DNA of 25,520 nucleotides from a virus (taxonomy: Duplodnaviria > Heunggongvirae > Uroviricota > Caudoviricetes). The position numbers and the translations under genes were made by a program. Positions 17,641 to 25,520 of the stretch are shown piece after piece (the stretch's first letter is position 1; the number at the start of each line of letters is the position of its first letter). Below the pieces are notes generated by a model. That model was given only the letters and a program-made list of their open reading frames with translations, searched no databases and was not told where the DNA came from. The stretch lies in IMG/VR virus record IMGVR_UViG_2695420380_000007. One strand, 5' to 3'.

Positions 17641-18600
17641 TTACTCCTTGTCCATTGCGTACAGCCCATTAACCAGAGCAAACTGTGGCACCCCGTCCGC
17701 GATGAAAGTCGCATTAACTCCGCAGGCTTCGCGGATAGCGGGTGCCACAATCTCCGCCCCTCCACCGACAACCATCACCCGCCCGTAACCCGAAAAACCC
17801 GCCAGCGCGCGGATCACGCGTTGTTTCAGTGTTTCTTCCTTTTCACGAATAACCGCCATCAGGCTGGCGTAATGCGCGTCATTGTGGATGTGCTGGCGCA
17901 GCCAGGCTTCATCATGGCGATGTTCGATAATGGTATTGGCGATGTGGTGACTGGTGCGCATACCGTTAGTGGCCATCACCGACAGTACGGCATCGGCCAT
18001 CAGAGAAACGCCTACGTGTGGATCGCAAAACACCTGGCTGATACCTGCCAGTTGCCCCTGAACCTTTGCCACATCCAGCGTGGTTCCGCCCAAATCCACA
18101 ATCAGCAGGGATTCAAACGGACTCATGTCAGCCAGTGCCTTAAAGCCAGCCGGAATGGATTCAGGCATAACCCGCACGTTACGGATAGTGAATGCTTCGC
18201 CGTTCTGGTACTCCACCGGGCGCATAACGTTCGCTTTTTTGCGGTTGATGTTGGCCATGTCCGGCTGTGCGTTTGTGTCGAAATACTCGCTCAGTGGCAG
18301 GGTGACAACCACATCCACCTCCTGTGGCGTGATGCCTGATTTGACCAGCGCGTGATGAATGGCAATGACATTTACATCGCTGTACTGGTATTGCGTGTCG
18401 GTTGTCTGGACAAAGCGATCGCTGACCGGATCAAAACCATAGCGCACGCCATCAAGCATGTAGTTCGCGGGCTGCATGCCACCGAACGGCGCAGACCATT
18501 CCGACTTGAAGCTGTTCGGGCTGATGGCGTTGCGGCGTTCGCCGTTCTCAGTCCATGCCAGCTTGATGTTGGTGGAGCCGTCGTCGATACAAATTTTCAT
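17641..18600 (-). CDS. parM: ParM/StbA actin-like segregation ATPase
   Basis: 319 aa, ATG 18598-18600 preceded by AAGGA; shared motifs with R1 ParM recalled from memory: IDDGSTNIKL, ISPNSFK, YSDVNV, NRKKAN, VMPESIPAG, LLIVDLGGTTLD, VMVVGGGAE. Confidence 0.85.
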   Translation of the reverse strand: MKICIDDGSTNIKLAWTENGERRNAISPNSFKSEWSAPFGGMQPANYMLDGVRYGFDPVSDRFVQTTDTQYQYSDVNVIAIHHALVKSGITPQEVDVVVTLPLSEYFDTNAQPDMANINRKKANVMRPVEYQNGEAFTIRNVRVMPESIPAGFKALADMSPFESLLIVDLGGTTLDVAKVQGQLAGISQVFCDPHVGVSLMADAVLSVMATNGMRTSHHIANTIIEHRHDEAWLRQHIHNDAHYASLMAVIREKEETLKQRVIRALAGFSGYGRVMVVGGGAEIVAPAIREACGVNATFIADGVPQFALVNGLYAMDKE

Positions 18601-18630
18601 GTCGCTTTTCCTTATGTTGATTAATTAATC

Positions 18631-18743
18631 GTTTACGGGATTCTGAAATCCCGTTTTTGCCTGTTTTGTGCGCGCTTCATATATCGCTGCGCGTTTTTTG
18701 CTCATTTACGGGATTCGTGAGTCCCGTTTCTGTCTGTTTTTTG
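18631..18743. promoter_or_regulatory. Pair of about 40-bp direct repeats, each with a hairpin-forming palindrome, flanking a candidate parM promoter
   Basis: tttacgggattctgaaatcccgttt (18632-18657) and tttacgggattcgtgagtcccgttt (18705-18729), each followed by a T-rich CTGTTTT tract. Between them, on the minus strand, candidate -35 TGAGCA and -10 TATATG with a 16-nt spacer. Confidence 0.5.
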
Positions 18744-21558
18744 TTTCCACTGGTCAGGCCACCCCGCAGCAGGTCTGCTTTGCGGCGGGCGCGTTCAGTG
18801 GTTTCACTGATTCTCTGTGCGTGCTCTGCGTCGCGGATGGCGCGCAGCATGTCAGAAAGCACGGTAACGGGTGTTTTCATGGTGTTCTGGTCCTGCTGAA
18901 GTGTGGATGCCAGGCGTGCGGCGGCTTCAGGGTCTGATGCCCCCAGCTGTGTCAGATAGCTGGCGACCGGGTTATGGCGGATCTCCGTGCTGCTTACGCC
19001 ATGATTACGGCTCAGGCGCTGCCAGAGCTGCGTGATTCGGCTGTCCGGGCGGGTATCCGGTTTGCGTACAATTTCAAATCCCTGCGGTGCAATGATGCTG
19101 CCGTCAACGTACAGACTGCCGCCCCGTAACAGGTGCTGCATCTGTTGTTCACCGATATGCAGGCCGAGAGATTCAGCAGACTCCCGCCATTCTTTAGCGA
19201 GTAATTCGTGGTTATCAGGCAAAGGCCGCTGCTGTTTGCGGCTCTGTGTCCAGCTCTGCATTTCATCACTGCTGTTTTTTGCCTGTTTGTCACGAAGCGA
19301 ACGCATCAGCGCCCGGCGTTCGTGCCGTTTCAGTGAGCGCATCCATTCATCCACATCAACGCCGTCAGGGAGCTGCGGCCACGGTGCTGGCCGTTCTTCC
19401 GGCTGTTCTGTCCCGTTGTTGTCCGTTTCCTGTACACGGGGACAGTTATTGCCACGAGTCCAAGGGGCGGCAGGGCCGCCCTGAAGGTCAAAACCATTTT
19501 CGCGGGCGCTGTCTTCCGCTTCCGGTTTGCGTCTTACCAGCTTCCAGTTATCCGGATGCGTGCACACACGGNNNNNNNNNNNNNNNNNNNNNNNNNNNNN
19601 NNNNNNNNNNNNNNNNNNNNNNNNNNNNNNNNNNNNNNNNNNNNNAAATCTGTACGCTCTGTTCGCCGTAATCGTTCAGCTCATCGGCGAGGTCGTAGGC
19701 GGTGCGAATCAGGTAGTCTTTGCGTGGAACAAGTACGCCGCCCTGTTTCTCTATGTAGGTGNNNNNNNNNNNNNNNNNNNNNNNNNNNNNNNNNNNNNNN
19801 NNNNNNNNNNNNNNNNNNNNNNNNNNNNNNNNNNNNNNNNNNNNNNNNNNNNNNNNNNNNNNNNNNNNNNNNNNNNNNNNNNNNNNNNNNNNNNNNNNNN
19901 NNNNNNNNNNNNNNNNNNNNNNNNNNNNNNNNNNNNNNNNNNNNNNNNNNNNNNNNNNNNNNNNNNNNNNNNNNNNNNNNNNNNNNNNNNNNNNNNNNNN
20001 NNNNNNNNNNNNNNNNNNNNNNNNNNNNNNNNTCGATGCCATCCACGGCGCGGCTGTCCAGGTTTTTCCCGATGTAGGTGGCGATGTAGCTGGTTGGCGT
20101 GCCTTTTGAGCCGTCTACATACTCCGCCTTAAAGCGCGGAGTTATGTCATCGCCCAGCTCGTGACGATCTTCCTGAATGGCAATATCGCGGGTGTGGGAC
20201 ACAATGGTGTCGATTTCTTCCGGATGAGCAAAGACCATCATATGCCAGTGCACGGTGCCGTCATGGTGAGGCTCCGCCGTGCGGATGCCATACCAGCGCA
20301 GGCCGTCGCGGTTCAGTTTTTTGCGGACCGTCGCAAAAAACGTGTTAACCAGGTAATCGCTGGAGTCGCGCATTGTGGCCCCGTTCCATTTGGGATTCGG
20401 ATGACCGTTCTCCGTTGTGGCGTGGTATTTTGACGGGCAGGTGACAGTCAGAAACACCGCTTTGTCGCCACGGGCTTCGGCCAGAAGTTCCAGCCCCTTC
20501 ATGGTGGCCATCATTTCTGCCTTACGGTGAACCGGGTTACTTACTCCCGCGTAATACACCGTCTCGAGATCAATCGTGAACCCGTCTTCATTTTCCAGCA
20601 TGAAACTTTTCAGGAAATCGCGTGTTTTCTCGCGCTGTGCGCGAAACTCGCTTAACGCGTCCTGGCTCAGATAGGGCGATGTTTTTCTGGAAACCAGACA
20701 GGCGGCGCGAAGTTGTTCTTCTCTCCACTCGCAACGTAACAGCCACAGTTTGCGTTTCCACCATTCCGCACAGGTCAGGCGAAGGATTGCGCCCGGCAGC
20801 AGTTCTGTGTCCGGTTCGTGCCTCCGGTCTTTGTCTGTTGTCAGTGCGTCATAATGCGGAGGCATGGCGTGTAAGTGTAACGCCATGCGGGCCAGCATCT
20901 GATACGCCTTCAGCGTTACATCCATGGTCAGCTCGCCATCAGTCGCGCCAAAACCATCGCAGAGTTTTTCGAAGGTGCTGCTGAACATCGCCGCCGTCAT
21001 GGTGGCCAGCGTCTGTATCTGGTGTTTGTTGAGTTGCGGCAGGTAAAGCAAATCGTCCAGGCGTTCACGTCCGGCAAGGGAGCGATAACCCGGTGTCAGC
21101 CAGTGTCCGTCAGTGCGATCCAGACGTTCGAATATTTTGCGCAGGGTTCCGCGTGCATAGCGTTCCGCCTGCCAGCTCTTTTTGCCTTTCCGGCGATCGG
21201 CTTCCTGTTTTTTGCGCAGGAAGGAGAGGTGGCGAATAAGCGGATCGCGCAGATAGGACGGCAGCAGGCGCAGCGAGGCCATGGCTTCATCCACCGCGCC
21301 GCGTGCCTGTTTTCTGGCGTCTCCTGCCAGTGTGATGGTTTTGTCCTGTTTTTCCTGTGCGTCCAGGCTTTTATTAATCAGGTTGCCCAGTGGCGTGGCG
21401 GAGAACGCCGCATCAGCCATTTCCTGGCGGCGCTCGTTCTCTGCCCGGTGGGCATCCAGCCAGGAGGAAAGCGCGGATTCAGGAGCGGGGATCCCCGTTC
21501 CTTCACGCCCCACTGCGTGGCGCGGTTGTTGCCAGTCCCTGATGTACTCTGCCGTCAT
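18677..21558 (-). CDS. A: Replication initiation endonuclease A (rolling-circle HUH type), interrupted by N-runs 19572-19645 and 19762-20032
   Basis: N-terminal ORF 19681-21558 (ATG 21556-21558) has the HUH motif HWHMMVF. Segment 19646-19761 encodes a clean peptide that joins the N-terminal frame if the 271-N run is removed. Assignment of ORF 18677-19567 as the C-terminus is inferred. Confidence 0.75.
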
Positions 21559-21564
21559 AGTGAT

Positions 21565-21930
21565 TTACTTCGTCATGCCATTCAGGGTGTCGCGGCAGAC
21601 TGTAGCCAGCCGCTGAATTTCCAGCACGGTGTCTTCTGTGTCGGCATGGCGATGTGTGATGCGGATGCTGTCGGCAATCACATCGACGATTGCAGAGGAT
21701 GGGCGCTGGTAAATGCCAATAACGGACGGGGTGCCACCTTCAATGCGGTAAAGCCTGTAATTTCCCTCGTGGCTGTCAATCATGTAGCGACCATCAATAA
21801 CAATCTTTCCGTCAGCGAGCTGCGGTACAGGCAGGGATTTCAGGTACATGTCATAACGATCACGCACGCGAGCGGCAAGATCACGCTCTGTGTTGAGCAG
21901 GTATTCAAGAAAGTCGTTGGCGAGAATCAT
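21565..21930 (-). CDS. Hypothetical early protein (121 aa) immediately upstream of A
   Basis: ATG 21928-21930 preceded by AAGAGGA; ends 7 nt before the A start. Confidence 0.55.
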   Translation of the reverse strand: MILANDFLEYLLNTERDLAARVRDRYDMYLKSLPVPQLADGKIVIDGRYMIDSHEGNYRLYRIEGGTPSVIGIYQRPSSAIVDVIADSIRITHRHADTEDTVLEIQRLATVCRDTLNGMTK

Positions 21931-22071
21931 TGCGGCAATCCTCTTGTTACAGATGTGCGAAGGCCTCCCGCCGCAAGGTGCAGGAAAGGCCCGGAACAGG
22001 AATTAATGGAGTTTGTTTTGCTGCCGGATGAGCTGCTGAAGCCCGACGTGGTTTCCGGCAGTTGGAGGTGC

Positions 22072-22317
22072 TCATGCTCTGATTTCCCTCAGTAGCTGGT
22101 TGAACATCTGGGTTAGTGGGTTGCTACACCCAAACGGCATCAGGTTTACCTGATAAGAAAAGCGACCGCCTGTTTTGCGCTCTTTTCTTGTGACTAAACC
22201 GCTGCGCCAGAGACGGCGTAGCTCCGCATTAATGGTTGTGGTTGGTGTATTCAGTGCTGCGGCGATTTCTCCACTGCTACAACCCGGATTGGCAGCGATG
22301 TAGTCCAGAATGGTCAT
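22072..22317 (-). CDS. Small winged-helix-like DNA-binding protein (81 aa)
   Basis: ATG 22315-22317 overlaps the upstream stop (ATGA); SSGEIAAALNTPTTTINAELRRLWRSGLVTRKERK looks like a helix-turn-helix plus wing. Confidence 0.5.
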   Translation of the reverse strand: MTILDYIAANPGCSSGEIAAALNTPTTTINAELRRLWRSGLVTRKERKTGGRFSYQVNLMPFGCSNPLTQMFNQLLREIRA

Positions 22318-22517
22318 CTGCGTGACTCCTGTACCTGTCTGATAAGATTCACCTGCACCACGTTGGTGGCGCAGAAGTAAGTGCCGTCAGTGAGATAGAT
22401 ATGATGTGCATCCTTTTCTGAACGGTGTTTGTCGATTGTGGTAATCAGGCGTTCGTCAACTTCGTATTCACGTCCTCTGGAGGTGAAACGAACGACAGGA
22501 AAATGCTTAATTGCCAT
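22314..22517 (-). CDS. Hypothetical protein (67 aa), translationally coupled to the downstream wHTH gene
   Basis: Internal ATG 22515-22517 preceded by AAGGAGG; the 84-aa track ORF starts further upstream without an RBS. Confidence 0.5.
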   Translation of the reverse strand: MAIKHFPVVRFTSRGREYEVDERLITTIDKHRSEKDAHHIYLTDGTYFCATNVVQVNLIRQVQESRR

Positions 22518-22603
22518 TACGCCTCCTTGGCGTGTGCGAATACCTCCGCGAATGCGGATTGTTTTCACATTTTCTTATTTAACCTAGGGTCTTATTTGCG
22601 CGG

Positions 22604-22720
22604 TTATTCTTCAGTGAAAAAGCGTTCAATCTTTTTTACTGAATTAATAATTCGCATAATCCCAATGGCGCAGACCACCGAAATAATCANNNNNNNNNNN
22701 NNNNNNNNNNNNNAAGCCAT
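22604..22720 (-). CDS. Possible small hydrophobic protein; interrupted by N-run 22690-22713
   Basis: Hydrophobic C-terminal peptide IISVVCAIGIMRIINSV; start ambiguous. Confidence 0.2.
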   Translation of the reverse strand: MAXXXXXXXXXIISVVCAIGIMRIINSVKKIERFFTEE

Positions 22721-22792
22721 GAAATAAATATACTCATGCGATATTTCCCAGCTTATACGGTTCAATATGTTCCCCGCATTCTGCGGCACAGA

Positions 22793-22999
22793 TCAGCTCG
22801 GAAAGTTCGTTAAGTGCATCCAGATCATCAGCGTAAAAAGNNNNNNNNNNNNNNNGTAAAAAGCCACGTCATACAGACTTCGGATTGCTCTGGTCAATGA
22901 GTCACGGGCCGCACGTTCAGCATGAGCGCCTGATGCACTTAAGCGAAAATAAAAACGCTCAAGTGCTTTGTTAATGAGAGTTTTATATTCTTTGCCCAT
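22793..22999 (-). CDS. Hypothetical early protein; interrupted by N-run 22841-22855
   Basis: ATG 22997-22999 (GTG at 23002 also possible) preceded by AAGGG; the N-run is flanked by an 8-nt duplication (gtaaaaag). Confidence 0.35.
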   Translation of the reverse strand: MGKEYKTLINKALERFYFRLSASGAHAERAARDSLTRAIRSLYDVAFYXXXXXLFTLMIWMHLTNFPS

Positions 23000-23010
23000 C
23001 ACAACGCCCT

Positions 23011-23298
23011 TTAATCTGCTTTCTGTATTTCAGCTTCTGAATCCATACAAATAATTTCGATATAGGGTTCATCGCCATTAACCTGGCGTGCCTTTTCATC
23101 TTCGCTGATGATTTCTCGTACGGTCTGGTACGGAAGTTCCACAAGCAGTCGCGTGCCGTTCAGATAAACGTAAGTGGCTTCGTCGGCTCCGTTTTTACCC
23201 GCCGGAGTCACTCCGTCAATAGCGGATGCACGTAATAACAGTTCACCGCGAAAATCAATAAAACGGATAAATACACCTTGTGCATTGTCTTTGGTCAT
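23011..23298 (-). CDS. Hypothetical early protein (95 aa)
   Basis: ATG 23296-23298 (internal to track ORF 23011-23412) preceded by AGGTG; avoids a 100-nt overlap with the upstream gene. Confidence 0.5.
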   Translation of the reverse strand: MTKDNAQGVFIRFIDFRGELLLRASAIDGVTPAGKNGADEATYVYLNGTRLLVELPYQTVREIISEDEKARQVNGDEPYIEIICMDSEAEIQKAD

Positions 23299-23308
23299 AA
23301 AGCACCTG

Positions 23309-23647
23309 TTATAAATCAGCCTGTTTAATAAAACTTTGCCCGCGAAGCAGACGATCAACCGTGCGAAGTGCTTCGTATAATGTGAAATCCTGCCCGAACT
23401 GATTGTCGCCACAGCTCAGTGCAAAAATGCGGTTTCCGGTAAACGGATTGCGTGGGCATTTGTGGATCACGATTCCAGCTTTCTCAATCAGCCAGGCGTG
23501 CTCGCCGATTTGTTTTACTGGGTAGCCATCCGGCGTTGCGTGTGTATCACTCAGGCTGTAGCGGATGTTGCTGCGTGATGCACTGGTAGTGAAACGGTTA
23601 GCGTGGCGTTCTGTTCCGGTACAAAAATTACGGCGTTGCTTCAGCAT
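23309..23647 (-). CDS. Hypothetical early protein (112 aa)
   Basis: ATG 23645-23647 preceded by GAGGTG with 7-nt spacing; second gene of the early operon. Confidence 0.55.
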   Translation of the reverse strand: MLKQRRNFCTGTERHANRFTTSASRSNIRYSLSDTHATPDGYPVKQIGEHAWLIEKAGIVIHKCPRNPFTGNRIFALSCGDNQFGQDFTLYEALRTVDRLLRGQSFIKQADL

Positions 23648-23661
23648 AAAATGACACCTCG

Positions 23662-23940
23662 TTATTTTGTCATCTGCACGTATTTCTCTGCGTTTCTGAT
23701 GGTTTTCAGGAAAATTGCGAAGAGATTTACTTTGCGTTTTGTGTTTCTTCCTTCTTGAGTAACGGGAATTACCGATCTATCAGCCTGCCTTCTTACAGCG
23801 AGAATGCTTTGATTTGTGCGTTTCGCATAATCCTCTAGGCTTTCTTCAAGTACCGGTAGCCCATGTTCATTACGGTATGGGTAGAACGCCGCCAAACGCT
23901 CAAAATCCGCTTGTTCGTATGTGTTAAGGACTTTTGCCAT
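23662..23940 (-). CDS. Cox-like early regulator (putative excisionase / repressor of the lysogenic promoter), divergent from C
   Basis: 92 aa, ATG 23938-23940; first gene of the early leftward operon, 95 bp from and divergent to the repressor gene; helix-turn-helix-like LEDYAKRTNQSILAVRRQADRSVIP. Called by position and size, not sequence identity. Confidence 0.4.
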   Translation of the reverse strand: MAKVLNTYEQADFERLAAFYPYRNEHGLPVLEESLEDYAKRTNQSILAVRRQADRSVIPVTQEGRNTKRKVNLFAIFLKTIRNAEKYVQMTK

Positions 23941-24035
23941 GGTGTGATAACCTATTCAATCTGGTGCTATTTGTGGCTCTTTGTAGCGTCAAGTGGTACT
24001 CAACTGATAACCAATATAGTATTCAGGTGCACACC
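23941..24035. promoter_or_regulatory. Divergent early/lysogenic promoter-operator region (Pe/Pc equivalent)
   Basis: 95-bp gap between divergent starts; tandem 10-bp repeats ctatttgtgg/ctctttgtag (23967-23986); TGATAACC direct repeat at 23945-23952 and 24006-24013; candidate -10 TATAGT at 24015-24020 close to the C start. Confidence 0.5.
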
Positions 24036-24347
24036 ATGTCAATAGAGATATCAAAGAAGCTAAAAGCAATTCGAGAATCTGAGGGGCTTAGTCAGGCAAA
24101 GTTCGCGGATTCAATAGGTATTGCGGTTGGTACGGTTAAGCAATACGAGACTGGTATTCGAGGTGTGGGAACGGAGGTTTTACTGAAAATCACAATGCAC
24201 CCGGAATTTAAAAAATACACTACGTGGTTGATGAGTAACGAAACAAATGAGGCTGCTGGGCAGATCAGTCCTTCTCTCTCCCCTGATGGGCCAGAAAACA
24301 CATCGTCTTCTCAAAAATCCCGCAAGACTGGCACACAGCCCGGCTAA
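24036..24347 (+). CDS. C: Immunity repressor, P2 C-type
   Basis: ATG 24036-24038; 103 aa; LSQAKFADSIGIAVGTVKQYETG (HTH) and PEFKKYTTWLMSNE...AAGQISPSLS resemble P2 C (from memory). Confidence 0.8.
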   Translation: MSIEISKKLKAIRESEGLSQAKFADSIGIAVGTVKQYETGIRGVGTEVLLKITMHPEFKKYTTWLMSNETNEAAGQISPSLSPDGPENTSSSQKSRKTGTQPG

Positions 24348-24396
24348 TCATGGAACGCTGGGGGCATGGTGGTCTTGTAACGCTGGGGCTTCACGA

Positions 24397-25374
24397 ATGA
24401 GCATAAAATCAATTCCGGGAGGGTATCTTCTTGACATGCGTCCTGAGGGGCGTAAAGGCAAACGCATTCGCAAAAAATTTAAAACGAAATCGGATGCAGT
24501 TTTATATGAGCGGTGGGTGCTGGCGCAACAGCATAACAATGAGTGGAAAGGAAACTCCATTGATCGCCGTCCGCTGTCAGTGCTTATTGACTTGTGGTGG
24601 AAATACCACGGCCAGCTAATGAAGTCAGGGCATAACACGCGCCTTAAATTGCTGCGCTTGAGTGAGGCAATGGATGACCCGTGCGTGCATAAACTTAATA
24701 CAACGATGCTCACCGAGCTACGTGTGTCCAGGATAGAGCAGGGGATACAGCCCAGCACCATAAATCGAGAGATTGGGGCGTTAAGCGCGATGTTTACCGC
24801 ACTCATCTCATCCGGCCATTTTCTTAACGATAACCCCGTTCAAGGCCTTAAAGGAATGAAGGTTAACGAGCGTGAAATGGGATATCTGAGTAAGTCTGAA
24901 TGTGTTCAGTTGCTGGATGCACTGGCTGAAAATCCCGATGAACGGCTGGCCGTCGAAATCCTTCTGTCGACCGGGGCGCGATGGGGCGAGGTAGCGGCAC
25001 TGGAGCAGCGCCGTGTTCTTCATTGTCGAATCACTTTTTCAAAAACGAAGAACAGCAAAAACCGTACCGTTCCTATTTCTGAAAGCCTGTTTGAAAAGAT
25101 CAAAAAACGGGGCGGGAAACTGGTGTTTCCGACGCTGGATTATTCATTGGTTCGCGATGTCATCAAAACGGTCGCACCTGATGTTCCTGACGGCCAGGCT
25201 GTTCATGCGCTGCGCCACACCTTCGCCAGTCATTTCATGATGAACGGCGGCAATATTCTGACGCTCCAGAAAATTCTGGGGCACGCAAAGATTCAGACAA
25301 CGATGATTTATGCCCATCTTGCGCCGGATTACTTGCAGGATGCGGTGAGGTTTAATCCCTTGGGAGGAATGTAA
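24397..25374 (+). CDS. int: Tyrosine integrase (P2 Int-like)
   Basis: ATG 24397-24399 (internal to track ORF 24247-25374); GRKGKRIRKKF, LSTGARWGE, HALRHTFASHFMMNGGNILTLQKILGH and TMIYAH resemble P2 Int including the C-terminal Tyr region (from memory). Confidence 0.9.
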   Translation: MSIKSIPGGYLLDMRPEGRKGKRIRKKFKTKSDAVLYERWVLAQQHNNEWKGNSIDRRPLSVLIDLWWKYHGQLMKSGHNTRLKLLRLSEAMDDPCVHKLNTTMLTELRVSRIEQGIQPSTINREIGALSAMFTALISSGHFLNDNPVQGLKGMKVNEREMGYLSKSECVQLLDALAENPDERLAVEILLSTGARWGEVAALEQRRVLHCRITFSKTKNSKNRTVPISESLFEKIKKRGGKLVFPTLDYSLVRDVIKTVAPDVPDGQAVHALRHTFASHFMMNGGNILTLQKILGHAKIQTTMIYAHLAPDYLQDAVRFNPLGGM

Positions 25375-25376
25375 CT

Positions 25377-25437
25377 ATGGAAATAAAAAAACCTACAAAA
25401 AAAGAGTTATATGACTATTTACTATCGAAATATATAG
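25377..25437 (+). CDS. 5' end of an AT-rich ORF beginning 2 nt after the int stop; truncated by N-run 25438-25512
   Basis: ATG 25377 (MEIKKPTKKELYDYLLSKYI); composition is far more AT-rich than the prophage genes; could be a flanking or cargo gene, or chance. Confidence 0.2.
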
Positions 25438-25520
25438 NNNNNNNNNNNNNNNNNNNNNNNNNNNNNNNNNNNNNNNNNNNNNNNNNNNNNNNNNNNNNNN
25501 NNNNNNNNNNNNCATAAAGA

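Larger units (their letters stand above)
1..25520. mobile_element. P2-like (Peduovirus-type) prophage: immunity/integration, replication, cargo island, packaging, head, lysis and tail modules; left boundary lies beyond the window
   Basis: Collinear P2 gene order int-C/cox...A/[cargo]/cos?/Q-P/O-N-M-L-X-lysis-R-S-V-W-J-I-H-G, with translationally overlapping late genes. Protein similarities are recalled from memory, not searched. Confidence 0.9.

Noticed and set aside
17325-17771. Long form of the parR ORF (148 aa)
   Set aside because: Would overlap the parM coding region by 130 nt; the internal ATG at 17636 with an AAGGAG RBS just after the parM stop is the credible start.
17821-18339. 172-aa plus-strand ORF
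   Set aside because: Antisense to parM, whose minus-strand product has clear actin-fold motifs.
21022-22095. 357-aa plus-strand ORF
   Set aside because: Antisense shadow ORF across the 5' end of A and the adjacent early genes; no RBS, and the opposite strand carries genes with the HUH motif and proper translational coupling.
1-25520. CRISPR arrays, tRNA or rRNA genes, insertion-sequence transposases
   Set aside because: No regularly spaced repeat-spacer arrays, no cloverleaf-like tRNA candidates and no transposase-like ORFs were seen; the repeats present are short regulatory or recombination repeats.

Overview
The window is almost entirely a P2-like (Peduovirus-type) temperate prophage, identified by gene order and by protein similarities recalled from memory (no searches were run). 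Reading the minus strand from high to low coordinates: integrase and P2-type repressor C (plus strand, 24036-25374), a divergent Cox-like early gene and several small early ORFs, replication endonuclease A (HUH motif HWHMMVF), an accessory cargo island (16304-18600), a structured non-coding region that probably holds cos (15813-16303), portal Q and terminase P (plus strand), then the late genes O-N-M-L-X, a lysis cassette, and tail/baseplate genes R-S-V-W-J-I-H-G. The two most interesting points are the cargo island, which carries an R1-type parM/parR partition module followed by three uncharacterised small genes, and a Mu G-segment-like invertible tail-fibre switch at the left edge (25-bp inverted repeats at 1-25 and 3196-3220); the window starts inside its crossover site, so the invertase is not visible. 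Several N-runs interrupt genes; at least one is an unmerged assembly join (49-bp exact duplication on both sides), so long ORFs that read through N-runs were treated as artefacts. No rRNA, tRNA or CRISPR array was recognised.
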